Source of the DNA: Lama glama
Taxonomy: Eukaryota
NCBI GenBank assembly: GCA_028534125.1
Contig: CM052816.1
Span: 76,386,001 to 76,450,000, forward strand
DNA length: 64,000 nt
Direction of reading: 5' to 3'
Position 1 is the first letter of the stretch. Every line of letters starts with the position of its first letter. The notes below the pieces were generated by a model. The model saw only the letters and a program-made list of their open reading frames with translations. It ran no database searches and was not told where the DNA came from. Both the position numbers and the translations under genes were made by a program. Shown here piece by piece: positions 39,447-51,215 of this stretch.

Positions 39447-40232
39447 ATTACTATTCTGATTTTATAGATAAAGAGTCTCAGATACAGAGAAGTTGAAGAA
39501 TCTTACATACAGAGAAGTTAACTATCTTGCCCAAAGTCACATAACTTGCAAGTGATGAGTCAGGATTTGAACCCTGGCAGCCTGAATCTGACACTTTCAC
39601 TATGAACAATGAGTATGGCTTGAGTGTTGGAAGGAGCCTCTCTGCCGTTTATCCTTTCAATTCTAGTCTCTTTCAAGGCCGTATTAATGGGGTGCTGTTT
39701 TCTTTTTAACTATGTCTTTTCATTTTCAGCATAATACTTGGCACCAAATGACCTAAGTTTAAATTGAGAACACTATTTCAGGCATAAAATTTCTTCATTC
39801 AGCTAACATTAGCCTCCTGCTCATGAAATTAGCAAGCATTATACTAGTACCAAACTAAAAGGTTTAGATACTGCCTTATATAAACAAATTACAGTTCCTC
39901 AATAAAAAAATCAAAACCTGATTCACTGGAATTCTTTCAGCATCAAAATCAGAAGATTAGAACCTTAGGGCTTAGCAGGAATTGTTTGCCTCCACTGAAA
40001 GTAACCATAAAAACAGTGATTTCCAATAATTTGTGTGGGTATATAAAAGTTTATTCCCATTAACTGAATTTCAAAGAATAAATAAGTTCCATACGTTATA
40101 CAAAAAATATTTAAGAATAGAAGTACTGTACAGGGGAAACACTCAAATAGTACAGAAAGGTATAAAATGGAAAATTAGATTTATGTGTATCATATTATCT
40201 TTCATAATTTATTTAATCATTTCCATATTGGA

Positions 40233-40347
40233 GGGGTGACCTGTAATTTATCACCTAAACTAAGGTATTTTTAAGAGTGACAAATGCTAAACTGATAGAA
40301 AACTAGGAGGGAGCAGGCAAAAATCAGGAACTAACTGGGTTACTTTT
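40233..40347. mobile_element. hAT-Tip100 MITE (MER96-like)
   Basis: 'gggtgacctgtaatttatcacctaaactaaggtatttttaagagtga' resembles the MER96 5' end. Confidence 0.55.
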
Positions 40348-40349
40348 GA

Positions 40350-40980
40350 AAATTGAAGATATTTTCAGGTTTTTCCAAAAACTAAAAATGCTGACATAAG
40401 ATGTATTATATCTTGACATTCTTTTGTAAGAAATATTGTAGAGTGAATCACTACAAATATATCAAAATCTGTGTTGATTTTTGGTTTTGTTAAATATCAA
40501 ATTACTCTCCAAATACATGACACCATTTACTCTCCAACCAACAAAGTATGAGAACTTTGTTATCCCACAGTCTTTTCTGCAAGAAATACCAAACATTTTA
40601 TTTTTAACAATATATTTATAGATTTAAAAAACCACTTTGTGGTTTGTTTTGTATTCCTTTAGTTTTAAGGAAAATTCACCATTTATTCATTTGTTCTTCC
40701 ATTTATATTTTCTGAGACTCACTTATTCATCTTATCCATAATTTTTCATTTTTTTCTATTGTATTTCTATATATAATATTTATATTTTTATTAAGTTTAT
40801 TTTCTTATTGTTTCATACAAATTTTGTGAATTCAAAGAATTTACCCATTGCCCATATGTGTACTTCAAATATTTTCCCAATAGATCATGTCTTTGGTTTT
40901 TCTTGTGGCATTTTTAAGAACTGTACCACTTACATGTATCCAAATTTATCATTCATTTCTTTTCTTCTAAAGCCATAATG
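40350..40980 (-). mobile_element. Old L1 (L1ME-class) fragment
   Basis: 'aaattactctccaaatacatgacaccatttactctccaaccaacaaagtatgagaa', 'ttcaaatattttccca'. Confidence 0.6.
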
Positions 40981-41528
40981 TTTTGAGCATTATTTTCAAG
41001 AGAGTTGACACATTGTTAAAACTACTGTCTAGGTTTTAGAACAAGATAATAGTGAAGTCACTACGTAAGTGCTCTTCTGAACACTCAGATTTGCTCTATC
41101 TATAGGCAAATTCTGTACGTTAATCTCAGACACCATTTCCATCTCTCTTGTTCACAAGCAGTATTGAGGGAGAGCATACAGATAAATTGAACTGAATCAA
41201 TTGTTACTAAAAAATTACAATCACACCAACACCCAGCAACTGTGACATTGTGAGTACCCCATAAGCATCTGCTTGGTGCCAGGTGTAACAGAAAGAAAGG
41301 AAATCAACAAGTACATGAGTCATATTTCTATTTGTACTCTTGAAAATAGTCCTCTTCTTCATTAACTTCTCATCACCATAGTATGCAAAAGGTGATATTC
41401 TAATTTCCCACCAATGCAATCTTTTCATCTCAACACTATACACTTTCCTCTCAGTGGGCTGTCATTGATTATCAAGGTTGAGTGTTTCAATTTTGTTAAG
41501 AAGTAACTGACCAAAATATAATTGAATG

Positions 41529-41597
41529 TTACTTTGAATGAAACATTGAAAAGTTAATTTTGTTATTCTAATTGGTATTTACTTTGAATAAAACATT
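41529..41597. repeat. Short direct duplication, 50-bp period
   Basis: ttactttgaatgaaacatt (41529) and ttactttgaataaaacatt (41579). Confidence 0.7.
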
Positions 41598-43369
41598 AAA
41601 TTATTTTATTAATTCACTTAATTACTAATCACAAATCAGTTGAGTTCCTTTCTTGGGCTAGGAACTAACTTCTTAGGATTCAAATATAAGTAAGATCTTG
41701 TGGCTACATGGAAGAAATTCAAAATTTAGTTGTGGAATAAGAAAAATGATATATTGTGCAATGATCTGTAAAAATATGTTAGAACAAATGAAAAAGGGAA
41801 ATTCAATTAGAACAAGTACAAAACTATCAACAAATAGAGAAAGACTGTAAATACTCAAGTTAGGAAACATTACCCAGAGATCCTAGTTATTACTAATATA
41901 AATAGGAGTACAAATGCATTACAATTAATTATAAGTGTTCCTTTGGAGCTCATTATACATACTTCTTCACCTGAGATCATTCATCATCATAAGCCCACTC
42001 AGTTTCGGGGGAATTTTATGAAACAGTGAAGGAGGAAATAGACATCTGCCTAGCCTGTTAAATAAGCCCCGTCTGGCACACGTAACAATGACAAATTTCA
42101 GAATCACATTTAGTTAATACTCAACTTCATTTTGAGATTATCTTAAATCCTGCTTGGGAAAACTGAATAAATCAGGTGGTATCATAATGAAACTTTTCAT
42201 ACCAGAAAGATGAGGACAAGGAAAATGTCAAAGAAGAAAGGCCAAAACCTCTTATAATCTGTTTATGTGAACATCAGAGTTGATCAGTTTGCTCCCAGAC
42301 AGCAATATGAGTAGAGCAAAATCCCTGAAACATTAAGGTTTCTGTTTTAGTTGCTGTAGGCAACTAGATGTTAGGCATAAAATTTAGATCCTGTTCAGTT
42401 ACCCTGTGATGCCCTTATTATAAGGCCTTAAATTGCATAAATGTGTGTATATGTAAGTATTTCCCTTTTTAATACCATGCAATCCTTACTTAAAAGCTAA
42501 TCTTGTAGATAAGTGGTAAATTTCAGATTCTGTATTATTATTACAATTGTTTTCTTCCTGCGGCAGGATCAGTAGATTGTTCGCTGATAACTCTGAGATT
42601 TTTCCAAATGTCTGACTCAAACTCTACAAATAGGCTTTAGGAGACAGTTTTTATCTCATTTCAAAGTTAAACTTTGACCGTATACTTTAGAGCCTTTGAT
42701 ATGCTTTCAGAGGAGAATTTCTTTCTTTATGAGTTTATTTACGGCAGCCCAGGGACTGCTCATAAAATACTCAGAATCCACAGTCCCAAATTGCTCGGCC
42801 ACTCTCCTGTATGCCTCCTAGAAAGACTTAAAAATTCAGGCTTGTCAGCTGTAGTTCCTGAGGCTTATGAACTCTAGTAAGACACAAAAAGCCACGATTT
42901 CAGGAATTTAATAAGCACCACTTCTGACCTTCCATTTCCCTCTTGGAATCTTTGTCTACAGGATGATTTAATAGTTGTCACCAGCTTGAGCTCTCAGCAA
43001 GCATGCATTATATTTTGACTGGTACACTCATTTACTACCAGCTAGGGTCTATAAAAAATAGTGAGGTATGGCTTATTTCACCAAGCCACAAACTTTAGCA
43101 CCAATAGCAGTGCCAAAGGGGAGGCTTGCAAACTGAGTTTGCTTGAGTTGTCCAAAGACAACCCAAATAAGTAGAACACCTGTGTAAAACACAGTATACA
43201 TGCTGTATATGACTTTCCAAGAGAAGTTTCTTCACCTCCAGGCTTCCATTCCAATTGATGTCAACAGGCGCTGGAAATAGAAATTCTAAAACCATCATTG
43301 GTTAGTTCTTCAATCATTTTAATATTTCGAGATAATTAAAGGAAGTGATATTTATTTTAAAACTATTCT

Positions 43370-43545
43370 GTGTATGTTATTTCACCTAATTGTTACATCG
43401 GCACTTTGAGGCAGCTCTTCCTATTTTAGTTTTACAGATAAGAAAATAGAGTGAGATGATTCAAGTAGCAAGATCTAAGCCATAGAGCTTATATGTGGCA
43501 GGACTACGAGTTGAAGCTTGCACACCTCTGTGTGTTAAACAGAGC
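43370..43545 (-). mobile_element. MIR SINE
   Basis: 'ttttacagataagaaaatagag...ctaagccatagagcttatatgtggcaggac'. Confidence 0.65.
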
Positions 43546-43752
43546 TCCTGCTCTTTCTTTGACACACATGAAAATGACAGTCTTGACTGTCATTAGTTGC
43601 TGCATCATTTTTTTGCCAATGTCTGGGTTAAGTTAAACCTTAACAACACTCAGAAAATATATTCTAGGGCTGAGAAAGGTAGCATGAGTCCTAACTGATA
43701 TCTAAATTCGTAGGATCCCATGTGATGTATCGATTCTCCTAACTGTTTCATA

Positions 43753-43791
43753 CAACCCTTCAGCTCAACCCTTCAGCTCAACCCTTCAACT
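43753..43791. repeat. 13-bp tandem repeat x3
   Basis: caacccttcagct caacccttcagct caacccttcaact. Confidence 0.95.
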
Positions 43792-44157
43792 CCTGAAGAT
43801 CTCTTGACCACTGATTACTTACCTGGACTCTTGCTGTCCATTTTGCTCTGCTTTCCTCTATCCCTCTGCTGACTTTTACCATTAAAAATGTTTGATGTCT
43901 AAATATTTTAAGATCTTAGAACACCTCCCAGTCTTTGATTTATCAATAATCAATCCTTTTCCTATTCCCCAGAGCAAGAGATATTCTACATCTTTGGTAT
44001 TCTATGCAAGTAACTTTATAAATCTCAGCTGCCTCATTTACCTTTAGTGGATGCAGAGAGAGTGGTAGGCAGTGTCACAAACCCTCCTTTTCCCTCTCCC
44101 ACCTCCCAAAATAGCTGTAGTTAGCTATCCTTACTTCTGTAACTCAAGAGAAAATCT

Positions 44158-44612
44158 GAGAAAATCTGAATAGATATTTCTCCAAAGAAAACATCCAGAT
44201 GGCCAACAGGAACATTAAAAAATGGTTACTATCATTAATCATGAAGGAAATGCAAACAAAAACCTGGATAAGATATCACCTCACACCTGTCAGAATGGCT
44301 ACTATATTACATTACAACAGATGTTGGCAAGGATATGGAGAAAAGGAAACGCTTGTGTTCTGTTGGTGGGAATGTAAATTGGTACAGCCACTATGGAAAA
44401 CAGTTTGGAGGGTTCTCAAAAAATTAAACCTAGAACTACCATATAATCCAGCAATTCTACTTCTGGGAATCTATTCAAAAACACAAAAACACTAACTTGA
44501 AAAGATACATGCACCCCCATGTTCATTGCATTGTTATTTACAATAGCCAAGATTCAGAAATAACCTGTGTCCATTGATGGATGAATGGCTAAAGGAATTA
44601 TGATGTATATGT
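44158..44612 (+). mobile_element. LINE-1 distal ORF2 fragment
   Basis: ORF 44199-44495 ([10 protein letters not shown]...[17 protein letters not shown]...[14 protein letters not shown]) is the L1 ORF2 cysteine-rich C-terminus. Confidence 0.9.
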
Positions 44613-44987
44613 ATGTGTGCATTTCATCCCCAACCAAATTCATACATTGAAGCAATGTGACTTGTTTGGAGATAGGGCCTTTAAAAAGGTAATTAAGGTT
44701 AAATGACATCATATGGATGGGTCCCCATCCAATGGGCTATGGCCAATGTCCTTATCAAAAGAGAAAGAGACACCAAGGAGATGAGTGTACAGAAAAAGAA
44801 AAAACATGTGAAGACACATGAGAAGGTGGCCATTTGCAAACCAAAGAGAAAGGCCTCAGGATAAACCAGACCTTCCAGCACCTTGATCTTGAACTTGCAG
44901 CCTCCAGAACCATGAGAAAACAAACTGCTCTTTAAGTACCCCCTGGTCTATGACATTTAGTTATGGCAGACTTGGCAGACCAGTGCA
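44613..44987 (+). mobile_element. MaLR LTR (MLT1B-like)
   Basis: 'aaattcatacattgaag...tttggagatagggcctttaaaaaggtaattaaggttaaatga...ccttgatcttgaacttgcagcctccagaaccatgagaaaa'. Confidence 0.9.
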
Positions 44988-46619
44988 AGAGAATATCTCA
45001 ACTATGTTATAACCTTGAGTTTGACAATGACTCTCAGGGACTTGGAAACAAATTACAACCTTTCAAAGAGATTTTGAATTGATTACTCATGAACGCTATA
45101 TGACTATCTCCTACATGGCACTGCAGATTTCCAGAAGATGGCCTGGAAACCAAGACTAAAAATAAAAGTACTGGAAATTGCTGTACTTTCCATCTCACTT
45201 TGTTTCTGGCATGGTTGAGTTCGGAATGCTGTCCTCTCATGATGTTTAGACAACCAAAGATATTACAGGTCAGTCTGAATTTCCCCAAAATGATACTCAA
45301 GTCTCTATGATATCCAGGAACTCACTTTTATTTATTTTGACAAACCTGTGTGTTCGTTTTAAGGAATAAAATATTCATTAAGTATGTGACTTTTGCTGGA
45401 GGTTTTGACTCATTCTCACTATGATCATAGCTATTTAATTATTTTAACTTGGATGCTTTGGTATGTGCTTTAATTGCTCCATTTATATAGCCAACAGTTG
45501 TAAATGCATAAAGATCATTTCTCTTAAAGTAAAAACAGCACCATTAAGACAATAACACTTTCACTTTACCTCAAAGAGTAACTTTACAAAAATAGAAGGA
45601 ATGCTTTTCCTAACTATCTTTATGAATATATTTTCTGTTGCAATTAGAAGATCTATACCTTCTTTTGGTTTGGTCATTATATAGCTAATCTGGTGATTTG
45701 ATTTTTAAAGGCTCTTTAAATACATTAAGTCAGTCTCATGAAATCGAATATCACCCTCCAACCAGAGGGAGAGGGTTAGCATAACCACTGATGAAATAAC
45801 AGGAAACATTTACAGATTTATTAGGGTCAAGGTGTTCCTTATCTGGCCGTTTAAAAACTGTGGCTAGCCAGAGGAGGTTTCGAAAGCAAAATCTGCAAAT
45901 AAGGTTTGGAAAGTGTGTCTATAATTACTAGTTTTCGTTATTGACTCTGCATTAGCGTCCTTAGTGAATTAAAGTGGATAAGTATTTCTTAAGAATGCTT
46001 CACTGGGGCCTCGGAGGCTAGAGATAAAGAAAATCAGAATAATAGTATCAAAGTCAGTGTGGGTAGTGGATGAAATCTCAGAAATTATGAACCAGGCACA
46101 TTCGGACTCTATCCCACTTTCTCTCTTGCTGCTTTAGTTCTTTTTTGATTCGTTTCCTTTCTTCTTCATGACACATCTTGTTTGCAAAGTGTGTTTTCAC
46201 ACAGGGATTTCCACTCAGAACAAGACTGAGATATATTCTGGACCTTACATGTCTTAAGCGATGCCTCCCATCACAAATTGTCTCCATACATTACCAGGGC
46301 TCACCTCTCAGTGAGGTGATGTTCATTCATTTAATAATGTGTTAGTGAAAATCATTTTAAGTATTTGGCATCATCTTCTATGAGATAGGATATTGCCTAT
46401 GAACTAAATTCAAACTGAAATTTGTGAAGCCAATTCTTAATTAGAAAGACTTTTAAAGAATAATCTAATTCTGCACCAACCTAGTAGAATAAAGAGTTTT
46501 TACATTTTGTGGGTCTTTTAACACTGCCTTTCCCTCCTAACCATAATAACAGGTCTCTTTGAAAACTCACCCCAGTATTTTTGTTACCTGCCAGTGATCA
46601 CCTGATATAATTGATGCCT

Positions 46620-46960
46620 TGTAGTGAAAGAGGTGCCATGCAGCATGGAACTGGTATGTTACTTAGCTCTCACCACAGCTCACACAGAGCACAAGTTCTA
46701 TATGTTTCACAATCTTTTATCTGCATCCTGTGGGACACGTGGTCTCCTTGGTTGCAGCAGCAGAACAGAGACTGAAATTGTACATGGACTTTATACTGTC
46801 TCTTTATGCTGTTACAAATATCACTTTCCCTCACAACCTACTGTCCAACACTAGTCACAAGGCCCTGACCAGTTACAAGAAGGGAGAAAAGTGAAATCCA
46901 GTCATGTGTCTGGAAGGAGAGAAGAATGGCATATGGGTGAACAATAAAACATTCTGCTAG
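46620..46960 (-). mobile_element. Old MaLR LTR remnant (MLT1K/L-like)
   Basis: 'ctagtcacaaggccctgaccagttacaagg...gaaatccagtcatgtgtctggaaggagagaag...atgggtgaaca'. Confidence 0.5.
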
Positions 46961-47049
46961 TAACTCACCTGGCACACTCCCTAGTAGAGTGGTAATGAAT
47001 TGGTAATTTTAAACTACATATAAGCAATTTTAAAGCACCTAAGAAAAGT

Positions 47050-47540
47050 ATTATCCATATGAAATCACCTTCTAAAATAAATATATTCAATAATAGATAT
47101 CCAAATTGGTGTTGTATTCCTGCAAGTGTATATATGTATATTACATCTCAAGATGCTTTTGGAGAAATTCTTAGAAATTGTTTTCAGATTCATTTAAGTG
47201 CTACATACCCACATATGGCTTTAACTTAGTAACTCATTAATCAAAGATAAAATTATTCCCTTGATAACTTGCCTATGCTTGAAGCTTGATGCCAAATTTT
47301 ATTTATATGTGTGAGTGTTTTATTTAATTATTCAAAAATATGCAAAAGTAATTAATGCAGGCTCTGAGGAAAAATTAAACAAGTGAATTTCTAGAAATGT
47401 GCTACAACTTGATCATGGAATGTGTAGTTGGTTGCCTCTAATGCCTACTTGAAGGAAAAATACATTTGAAAGTACAACGTTAGTTCCAACTTTGTATTTA
47501 GAATTTTTATTATTTCCTTAACTTCGTAACTGTACTAATT
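47050..47540 (+). mobile_element. Ancient mariner-type remnant (MARNA-like)
   Basis: 'caggctctgaggaaaaatt...gaatttctagaaatgt...gcctctaatgcctacttgaagg' resembles the MARNA 3' part. Confidence 0.4.
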
Positions 47541-48874
47541 TAAAAAGTTAAGGCGAGAGGATATTTAGAAAATAAGTAAAATTTTAAAGTCCACACAGAA
47601 CTCAGCTGTGACTATAGATTGATAATAAGCTAAGCTGATTGGTACGGCAGGTTCTTTTATTCTACGTGGGCAGCAGTTTTTCATTCCTGTAACATTTGTA
47701 ATAAAAACAAAGCTACAGGAAAAGCCGGGGATGAAATACGAGAATTTTGAAAGGCACAGTCCTCATCACACACACACAAAAATGACAAGGAGGGAAAACA
47801 AATCATAATAATTAACTACCTCACATGATTACCAGTGGAGTTTTTCTAATACACTGAGACTAGTTAAAGGCAGATTAGGAGTATATTAGGAGATAGTAGA
47901 CTGTATTTTTGGCCAACATTACTCATAGGCAATCTGTAATTCCTGTTAACCCCTACATTTATTTTTTTGCACTTAATGTTTTCCATACTCATGAGGGATT
48001 TTCAAGACCAGCTGTGCAGTATCTACTTTATATTTCTACCCTACCTTCATTTTATACCTCAGAGGCATGCTACCCAGGTTTAGTTACTATAACTAACAAA
48101 GCAATGCCACTTGTTCAATAACAACCAAGAACTTGCACAATCTAACATCACATCAGTACAACATAGTCTGGCCACCATCATTTTCTTTCAAAAGTATTTG
48201 TCATTTGGTAAACCAGATAGCCTTCCCAGGAAGAGTAAATTATTTTACAAATTCAGGTTAGGTTTTGAAATTTACACAAAGAATTTAAGCATGATGATTC
48301 AACAATGCAGGACGTTGCTGTAGAAATCTGTACCAGTGAACATCCAGGATGTCAGACCATCACTACAGGGCCAGCGTCACACCCTAAGCTACCAATCTCT
48401 GTCATAGGTGTCCCGATGGTATTAGTGAAGCCTGAGAGGTGTTTCTAGCCCATGTCCTAGCAGCCCAGCTAAAACAAACATCTTCTGGGACAGTGATAAT
48501 GTCACGGGCATTACCCTGATGGAGAATTTTTGGATCTTTCTGATGTTAGCTACTCAAAGATCTTTAGTCAGTTCACCAGAGATGAAAATCAGAATGGTAT
48601 ACTTGGGATCCTCTGGGGACTATGTCCAGTTCAGTCATGAATCCCTGGAGACCTTGAGACATTTTGGTTAAAGGTGTTTGAATACTTAAGATAGATCAGT
48701 GCTATACTTGAAGAAATGAGCATTTTAACTGCAAAGTACTTCTCAGAAAGATCCTGCCAAGAAGCGAGGTTTTCACAGTTCTTTTTTTCTTGCTTACTTT
48801 TTATCCAAACAAGTTTTGCCAGACTGCTTCTGTGTTGCTAGAGCCTGGAGAGGTTTATAATTCTTCTTTAGGGG

Positions 48875-49253
48875 TGTGATGGTCAGTGTGATGTGTCAAG
48901 TGGACTAAGCTACAGTCTCCAGCGGTTCAAACATTAATGTAGGTGCTGCTATGAAAGTATTTTGTACACGTGACTTAACTATGATCAGTTGACTCTAAGG
49001 GAGATCACCGTAGACAGTCCTGGTGGACCTGACCCAGCCCATTCCAAAGCTTTCAGAGAGGAACTAAGGCTTCCCTGAAGAAGAAATTTCCCCTTGGGAG
49101 CAGCAGCTTTTCTCAGTGCCCAAATATTCCAGCCTGCCCTTTCTGATGGTCTTTGCTTCAAACTTTGAACTTGTCTAGCCAGCCCCACAATAAATTTTTT
49201 TCATATACGTCTCCTTATGGTCCTGTCTCTCCGACTGAACTTCAGCTGACATA
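48875..49253 (+). mobile_element. ERVL solo LTR (MLT2D-like)
   Basis: 'tgtgatggtcagtgtgatgtgtcaagtggactaagctacagt...atcagttgactctaagggagat...ggcttccctgaagaagaaatt...ctagccagccccacaat'. Confidence 0.85.
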
Positions 49254-50209
49254 AGAGATAACAACCAGGAAGCCCTGAACCAATATTTGAAATAGAGCTT
49301 AGACTTTTCAGAAAAAAAAAGCTCAACTGCATACGGAGTACTACATTATTAGAAGTCTCTTCTAGTAATGGTTCACAAACTACTACTTACAGACTGAACA
49401 GCTCCACAGGAACATCAGGCATTAACTTGTTCACTTCCGGTTGTGTAAGTTTGGCTGCAAACAGTAGGACAAGGACAAGCTTTTTGAACAAGCCTAGGCA
49501 TTCTTATTTCAGCAAAATCTTCATTTAAACCAGAAAGACAGCATTGTGTCAATTGTGACGTGCATTGCCTTTTCATAGCTTTATAAATCCGGACTATGCA
49601 CCCTTTCCCAAGGGGAGAGGAGTTTGCCAGCTTGATTACAAAATGGATCAAAGCATTGTTAGCTTATTGTAAAGTCTGTACAAGAGAAAATATTTCATTA
49701 GATTTTTGTATTCTACTTTTTAAAAAAAACTAGCAAGATGCTAGGTAGAAGTATCGTGGTATAGCATGAAGTTTCTGATTTGGGAATGACCTAAAACATG
49801 CAGATGATCAACTTGAGAGGCATTATATGAGCTTGATCACCTGCCTAATCCTGAGTTATGTGCAAACAGCATTACGGCTTCAGCTTTCCTGATGGTAAGA
49901 TGGGAAGAATATGACAGCCATACCACAAGGTTTCATCTTAAGGCACTATGATCTTTTCTCCAAGTTTGACTTTTCTTTATATGTTTTTCAAAGAGAGAAA
50001 TAAGTTTTGCCAAATCAATCAGTATGGTGCTTTTTATAGTAAGACAATAGTCATTATTTGTCTGCCGTTTCTTCTTTGAGCTTTGGCTACCAAGGAGTTT
50101 CAGAATAAAATTTTGCTTCTAAATATGATTGTCTATATTAGATTAGCTCAGATTTATTTTGTTATTTTATTTCCCAGCCTCTCTATGGTTTTAAATGTTC
50201 TCTTTTTAT

Positions 50210-50690
50210 TTAAATGTTCACAAAAATAGAGCCTGAGTTGAGCACTTGGGCTCAGATTTTCTCTTAGGGAAGTCATTCCTTGAAGGAGGAGTGAGGGGGC
50301 AGACAAGAGAAGGGGGAGATGAATAGTAGAGGCATTCACAACATCACTGCGGGGAGCATGGGGCTCAGTTTATTCACATCCTCATGAGTGTACAGCATGC
50401 TTCCTGGAAATTCCCCCTGAAGAATGAGATTGGCACCTTTATCCAGTGAAGCAAATTCACATAGAAAGGATGCCTCCCTTAGATTGTTCTCTGGCTCTTG
50501 TCTCACATGAATGGAGACTCCTCGGTTATTCTTGCTGTGGGTGAGCCTTCAGGGGAGGTCTTTGGGTATAAAGACTTGACATAGGATACTAAGTGTGCCA
50601 GGTAATCTGAATCCCCAGGGCTGCTGTGGCTGAACTCAGAGGTGGACCAAGGGGATAGATACAGGGCCCCAGGGACATCTGCTCAGTCAT
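50210..50690. mobile_element. Old ERVL-class LTR remnant (LTR33/LTR16-like)
   Basis: 'agagcctgag...ttagggaagtcattcc...ggagtgagg...gggctcagt...cagggacatctgct'. Confidence 0.45.
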
Positions 50691-51086
50691 ATGATGTGTG
50701 CACCTTTTGGTACAGACCTTTGCAGAGTCTTTTGGAAAACAGGTGAAAAACAAATACAGACACACACACACAAAGTCACTCCTTTCAAGTATACTCTTCA
50801 AGATTCTCCTCACTTGATGAGTACTGGATCAAGTTTGAAGCTATTATTAAGAAGAGGAAGGACTGAGTTGAATGAGAAGTTTTCTAAACAGAAAGTGAAA
50901 TGCATAAATACATGGAAAGTGTCATCTGGACCAATGTTTATTCAGTAGTTGTAGTGGGATGGAATTAAGGGATTTATATTCTCTGCAAGGTCTTTACATA
51001 AATTACCTAAAAGCATTGCTTCTTATTTTACGGAGGAAATGGAAGCAATCAAAATGTCCCTTTGAAATTCTTGCACCAACAGTCTA

Positions 51087-51215
51087 GGTGGGAAGAGTAT
51101 ATGCTTAGCCTGCACAAGATCCTGGGTTCAGTCCCCAGTACCTCTGTCTAAATAAATAAATCAATAAACCTAATTACGTCCCCCCTCAAAAAAGGGGGAA
51201 AAACTTAAAAAAAGA
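51087..51215 (+). mobile_element. vic-1-like tRNA-derived SINE with A box deleted
   Basis: ggtgggaa^gagtatatgcttagcctgcacaagatcctgggttcagtccccagtacctct...aaataaataaatcaataaacctaattacgtcccc + A-rich tail. Confidence 0.85.

Larger units (their letters stand above)
38520..39600 (-). mobile_element. MIR SINE broken into three pieces by two MaLR LTRs
   Basis: 'tctcctttaatgcccataacaacactat' | 'cctatgagttagagttac' | 'attactattctgattttatagataaagagtctcagatacagagaagtt...cttgcccaaagtcacata...tcaggatttgaaccc'. Confidence 0.75.

Noticed and set aside
43753..43791. CRISPR-like or other regular repeat array
   Set aside because: Three head-to-tail 13-mers with no spacers in eukaryotic DNA; an ordinary short tandem repeat.
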